DNA of 64,000 nucleotides from Myxococcaceae bacterium (GTDB lineage Bacteria; Myxococcota; UBA727; JABDBI01): NCBI GenBank assembly GCA_016000045.1, contig JAECQY010000008.1, positions 1,562 to 65,561 of the forward strand, read 5' to 3'. Shown piece by piece: positions 61,771 to 64,000 of this stretch (position 1 is its first letter; each line of letters starts with the position of its first letter). The notes under the pieces were generated by a model. It saw only the letters and a program-made list of their open reading frames with translations, ran no database searches and was not told where the DNA came from. The position numbers and the translations under genes were made by a program.

Positions 61771-63096
61771 ATGACGATGAACGAGATCCTCAGACTGTCT
61801 GGTGTTGCCCAGGCCCAGCTTCTCAGCAAACGAGAGATTTCTTCTCTTGAGCTCACCCGGGCCTATTTGGAACGCATCGAATCTCTGAATCCAACGCTTC
61901 AAGCTTTCGCTTACATCGCTTCCAAACAAGCGCAAAAAGCAGCCCATGCTTGGGATCGGGCGCATCAACACCGCCGAGCACCGATTTCAGAGCTTTCTGG
62001 GGTCCCAACTGCGGTCAAAGATTTGAACCTGGTTCGCTGGATGCCTGCGCGCATGGGGTCAAGAGCCTTTCATTACTTTGTTCCTCCTTTCGACGACCCC
62101 AATGTTCGCCGCATGCGTCGAGCTGGACTCATTTTTTTGGGAAAAACAGGCACCTCGGAGTTCGGAGCCACCCCGTTTGCACCCGCTAAAAATCCTTGGG
62201 ATTTGACGCGTACGGCAGGCGGGTCCAGCGGAGGTGCTGCTTGCGCTGTCGCTTCTGGCTTGATCCCATTCGGACATGCCTCCGACGGCGGAGGCTCGAT
62301 TCGCATCCCTGCTGCTCTCTGTGGTCTTATTGGCTTTAAAGCTTCTCGAGGCTCACTTCATCACATTGTTTTTGCGGATCATCTCAAGATGGTCAACGAA
62401 GGATCCATCGCACACAGCTGGGACGATATCATCGCTTTCTTAAAGATACTGGCGAAAGATCCTCAGCATTTTGAGCTTCCCGCTTCTTTGCCCCCCAAGC
62501 GATACCGAATTCAATTCTACACGCGCACTCCTGTTGCATCAACAGATCCCGAGCTTGTGAAGGTCACGCTCGAAACCGCCTCTTTGCTCGAGAAAATGGG
62601 TCACGATGTGATAGAAGGCTCATGGCCTGATTTATCCTACGAAGACTTTACGCCCATCTGGACACGAACGCTCGCCAATATTCCTGTTTTGAAGGAATCG
62701 GCTTTAGAAGGATTAACCGCCCATTTCAGGAAAAAAGGCCGCACGTTCACTCACAAACAATCCCAGTTCCATCTACAAAAAGCCTTGGAAATGATTCAAC
62801 GTTCCTGGGACTCTCAAATTGACTTTCACCTATCGCCGAGCGTCGCTTGCCAAACTCCTCGGATATCGACGGAGAAATTAAGCCTCCAAGAACAAGAACA
62901 GGCCATGATTCCTTTAGGGGCCTATACCGCAATCGCAAACGTGCTGGGCTACCCTGCTGTTTCTCTACCCGTACGAGAAGACAGCTCAGGAATGCCCATC
63001 GGTGTTCAGCTCATGGCCCCTCTAGGGAAAGATACTTCCTTGATCGAACTGGCCAGACAAATTCCGCTCTCTGCAACCAAATGCCCTATCTCTTGA
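61771..63096 (+). CDS. Amidase-signature family hydrolase (start at MTMNE; the longer ORF overlaps tRNA-Phe)
   Basis: AS-family motifs GVPTAVKD and GGSSGGAACAVASGLIPFGHASDGGGSIRIPAALCG (Ser-cisSer-Lys triad region). Confidence 0.8.
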   Translation: MTMNEILRLSGVAQAQLLSKREISSLELTRAYLERIESLNPTLQAFAYIASKQAQKAAHAWDRAHQHRRAPISELSGVPTAVKDLNLVRWMPARMGSRAFHYFVPPFDDPNVRRMRRAGLIFLGKTGTSEFGATPFAPAKNPWDLTRTAGGSSGGAACAVASGLIPFGHASDGGGSIRIPAALCGLIGFKASRGSLHHIVFADHLKMVNEGSIAHSWDDIIAFLKILAKDPQHFELPASLPPKRYRIQFYTRTPVASTDPELVKVTLETASLLEKMGHDVIEGSWPDLSYEDFTPIWTRTLANIPVLKESALEGLTAHFRKKGRTFTHKQSQFHLQKALEMIQRSWDSQIDFHLSPSVACQTPRISTEKLSLQEQEQAMIPLGAYTAIANVLGYPAVSLPVREDSSGMPIGVQLMAPLGKDTSLIELARQIPLSATKCPIS

Positions 63097-63141
63097 TCAG
63101 GGTAGCCAGCGGGCTAGGAGGCCAATCCTCGACCTTGCGAT

Positions 63142-63969
63142 CTACTGACGATCGACACAACGAGCTAAAATGCATTTCGATGGATCTTCAGAATCCGACT
63201 CCACATAACTCAACGAACCGTCTTTCAGAGAAATCACCGCAAATAGACCCGGACGTCCCTCATGGGGTGTGGAAGTCCAATAGTATAATTCCTTAGACTC
63301 CAACGACGGCTGAATAGCCTCATGAATTCTAAACTTTCCTGATTTGTAATTTACTAACGTCACCACTTCTTTAATGCTCGGCAAACGCCAGGACCCAATG
63401 CCTATCTCTTTAGTAGCTTCTAAAAATTCTTCCGAGATATAATCTTCCAAAAAACGCTTTGTACGATCACATAAAGCGACGGCCTGAGAGTGAGCTAAAC
63501 AAGAAAACGACTTCGGAGCCCAAGATAAACTGGTGACACTATCACACAGACGAGTCATAATTTCAGGAAATCTGCGACGAGATTCGATAATATCACCAGG
63601 ATTATCATTCGTATATTCCAGGGACATGGCATTACGGAACCCACTCACACAACGGACTCGTTGTTTCGAATCGATAGAGAGACCCTCTAAAAGCCCAGCA
63701 TCCATCCGCAAGCCAAGTACTTCAAAAGAGCCATTGAACCTTACCGAAGTCCAGTAAACTTGCTCTTCTAGATCTGAAGAGAAAATTGGATGAATACGGC
63801 GACCCTCTTTTTTCGAATAATCGACTAAAGACTGCAATTCCATCACATTCGGGACACGCCAATCAAGGTCTGCTTTGCTCAAAGCTGCGCAATAAGCCTG
63901 GGCAGATCCTAATATCTTGTCTTCCTTCCAGGTAAAGGTTTCTTCAGAGGGAGTCTGCTCCCAAATCAA
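63142..63969 (-). CDS. Protein with two DUF1566 domains (N-terminus may extend beyond the window)
   Basis: IWEQ..TW..A.AYC..L..ADLDWRVPNVMELQSLVDY..YWTS...RCVSG and a second SWRLPSIKEVVTLVNY..YYWTSTP unit. Confidence 0.55.
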   Translation of the reverse strand: MIWEQTPSEETFTWKEDKILGSAQAYCAALSKADLDWRVPNVMELQSLVDYSKKEGRRIHPIFSSDLEEQVYWTSVRFNGSFEVLGLRMDAGLLEGLSIDSKQRVRCVSGFRNAMSLEYTNDNPGDIIESRRRFPEIMTRLCDSVTSLSWAPKSFSCLAHSQAVALCDRTKRFLEDYISEEFLEATKEIGIGSWRLPSIKEVVTLVNYKSGKFRIHEAIQPSLESKELYYWTSTPHEGRPGLFAVISLKDGSLSYVESDSEDPSKCILARCVDRQ

Positions 63970-64000
63970 CCGAGTCAGCGAATCGAATACCGTACCGGGC

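Overview
This is a 64-kb chromosomal segment of a Gram-negative bacterium, about 50% GC. Housekeeping genes are interrupted by several accessory stretches.

The housekeeping backbone includes dnaB (partial), era, ribE, tatD, znuB, hup, rsgA, rne, rnc, der, ftsH, truA, eno, rpsN, an ECF sigma factor, ruvC, glpK, rpmH-rnpA, gatB, an RND efflux pair, rlmH, rsfS, dnaX and an amidase. I found ten tRNAs by eye: Ala-CGC, Val-TAC, Thr-CGT, Pro-TGG, Arg-TCT, Ala-GGC, Ser-GGA, Ser-CGA and Phe-GAA, plus a likely SRP RNA (ffs) directly upstream of dnaX.

The accessory content I rate most interesting:
- An AT-rich, IS-littered island inserted just after tRNA-Arg(TCT), roughly 28.6-36.3 kb. It carries a degraded DUF1566 gene, IS427-group remnants, an IS630-derived MITE-like element with inverted repeats, IS481-like debris and a compact two-gene cassette at 32999-35402. 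Both cassette proteins have a Sec signal peptide and a C-terminal glycine-zipper membrane anchor. The first shows a divergent RelA/SpoT-like nucleotidyltransferase motif pattern. This is my best candidate for an undescribed system.
- A minus-strand cluster of secreted proteins at 8.8-12.8 kb, headed by an OTU-like (deubiquitinase-fold) cysteine protease and a tandem-repeat protein.
- A paralogous family of DUF1566 (Lcl C-terminal-like) secreted proteins, with near-identical internal DNA repeats.
- A three-gene cluster of Cys-rich secreted lipoproteins, including a large protein with Pmp-like GGA[ILV]/FxxN beta-helix repeats.
- An orphan tandem pair of FliH/SctL-like proteins.

All calls come from reading the sequence and the ORF track; no database searches were run.
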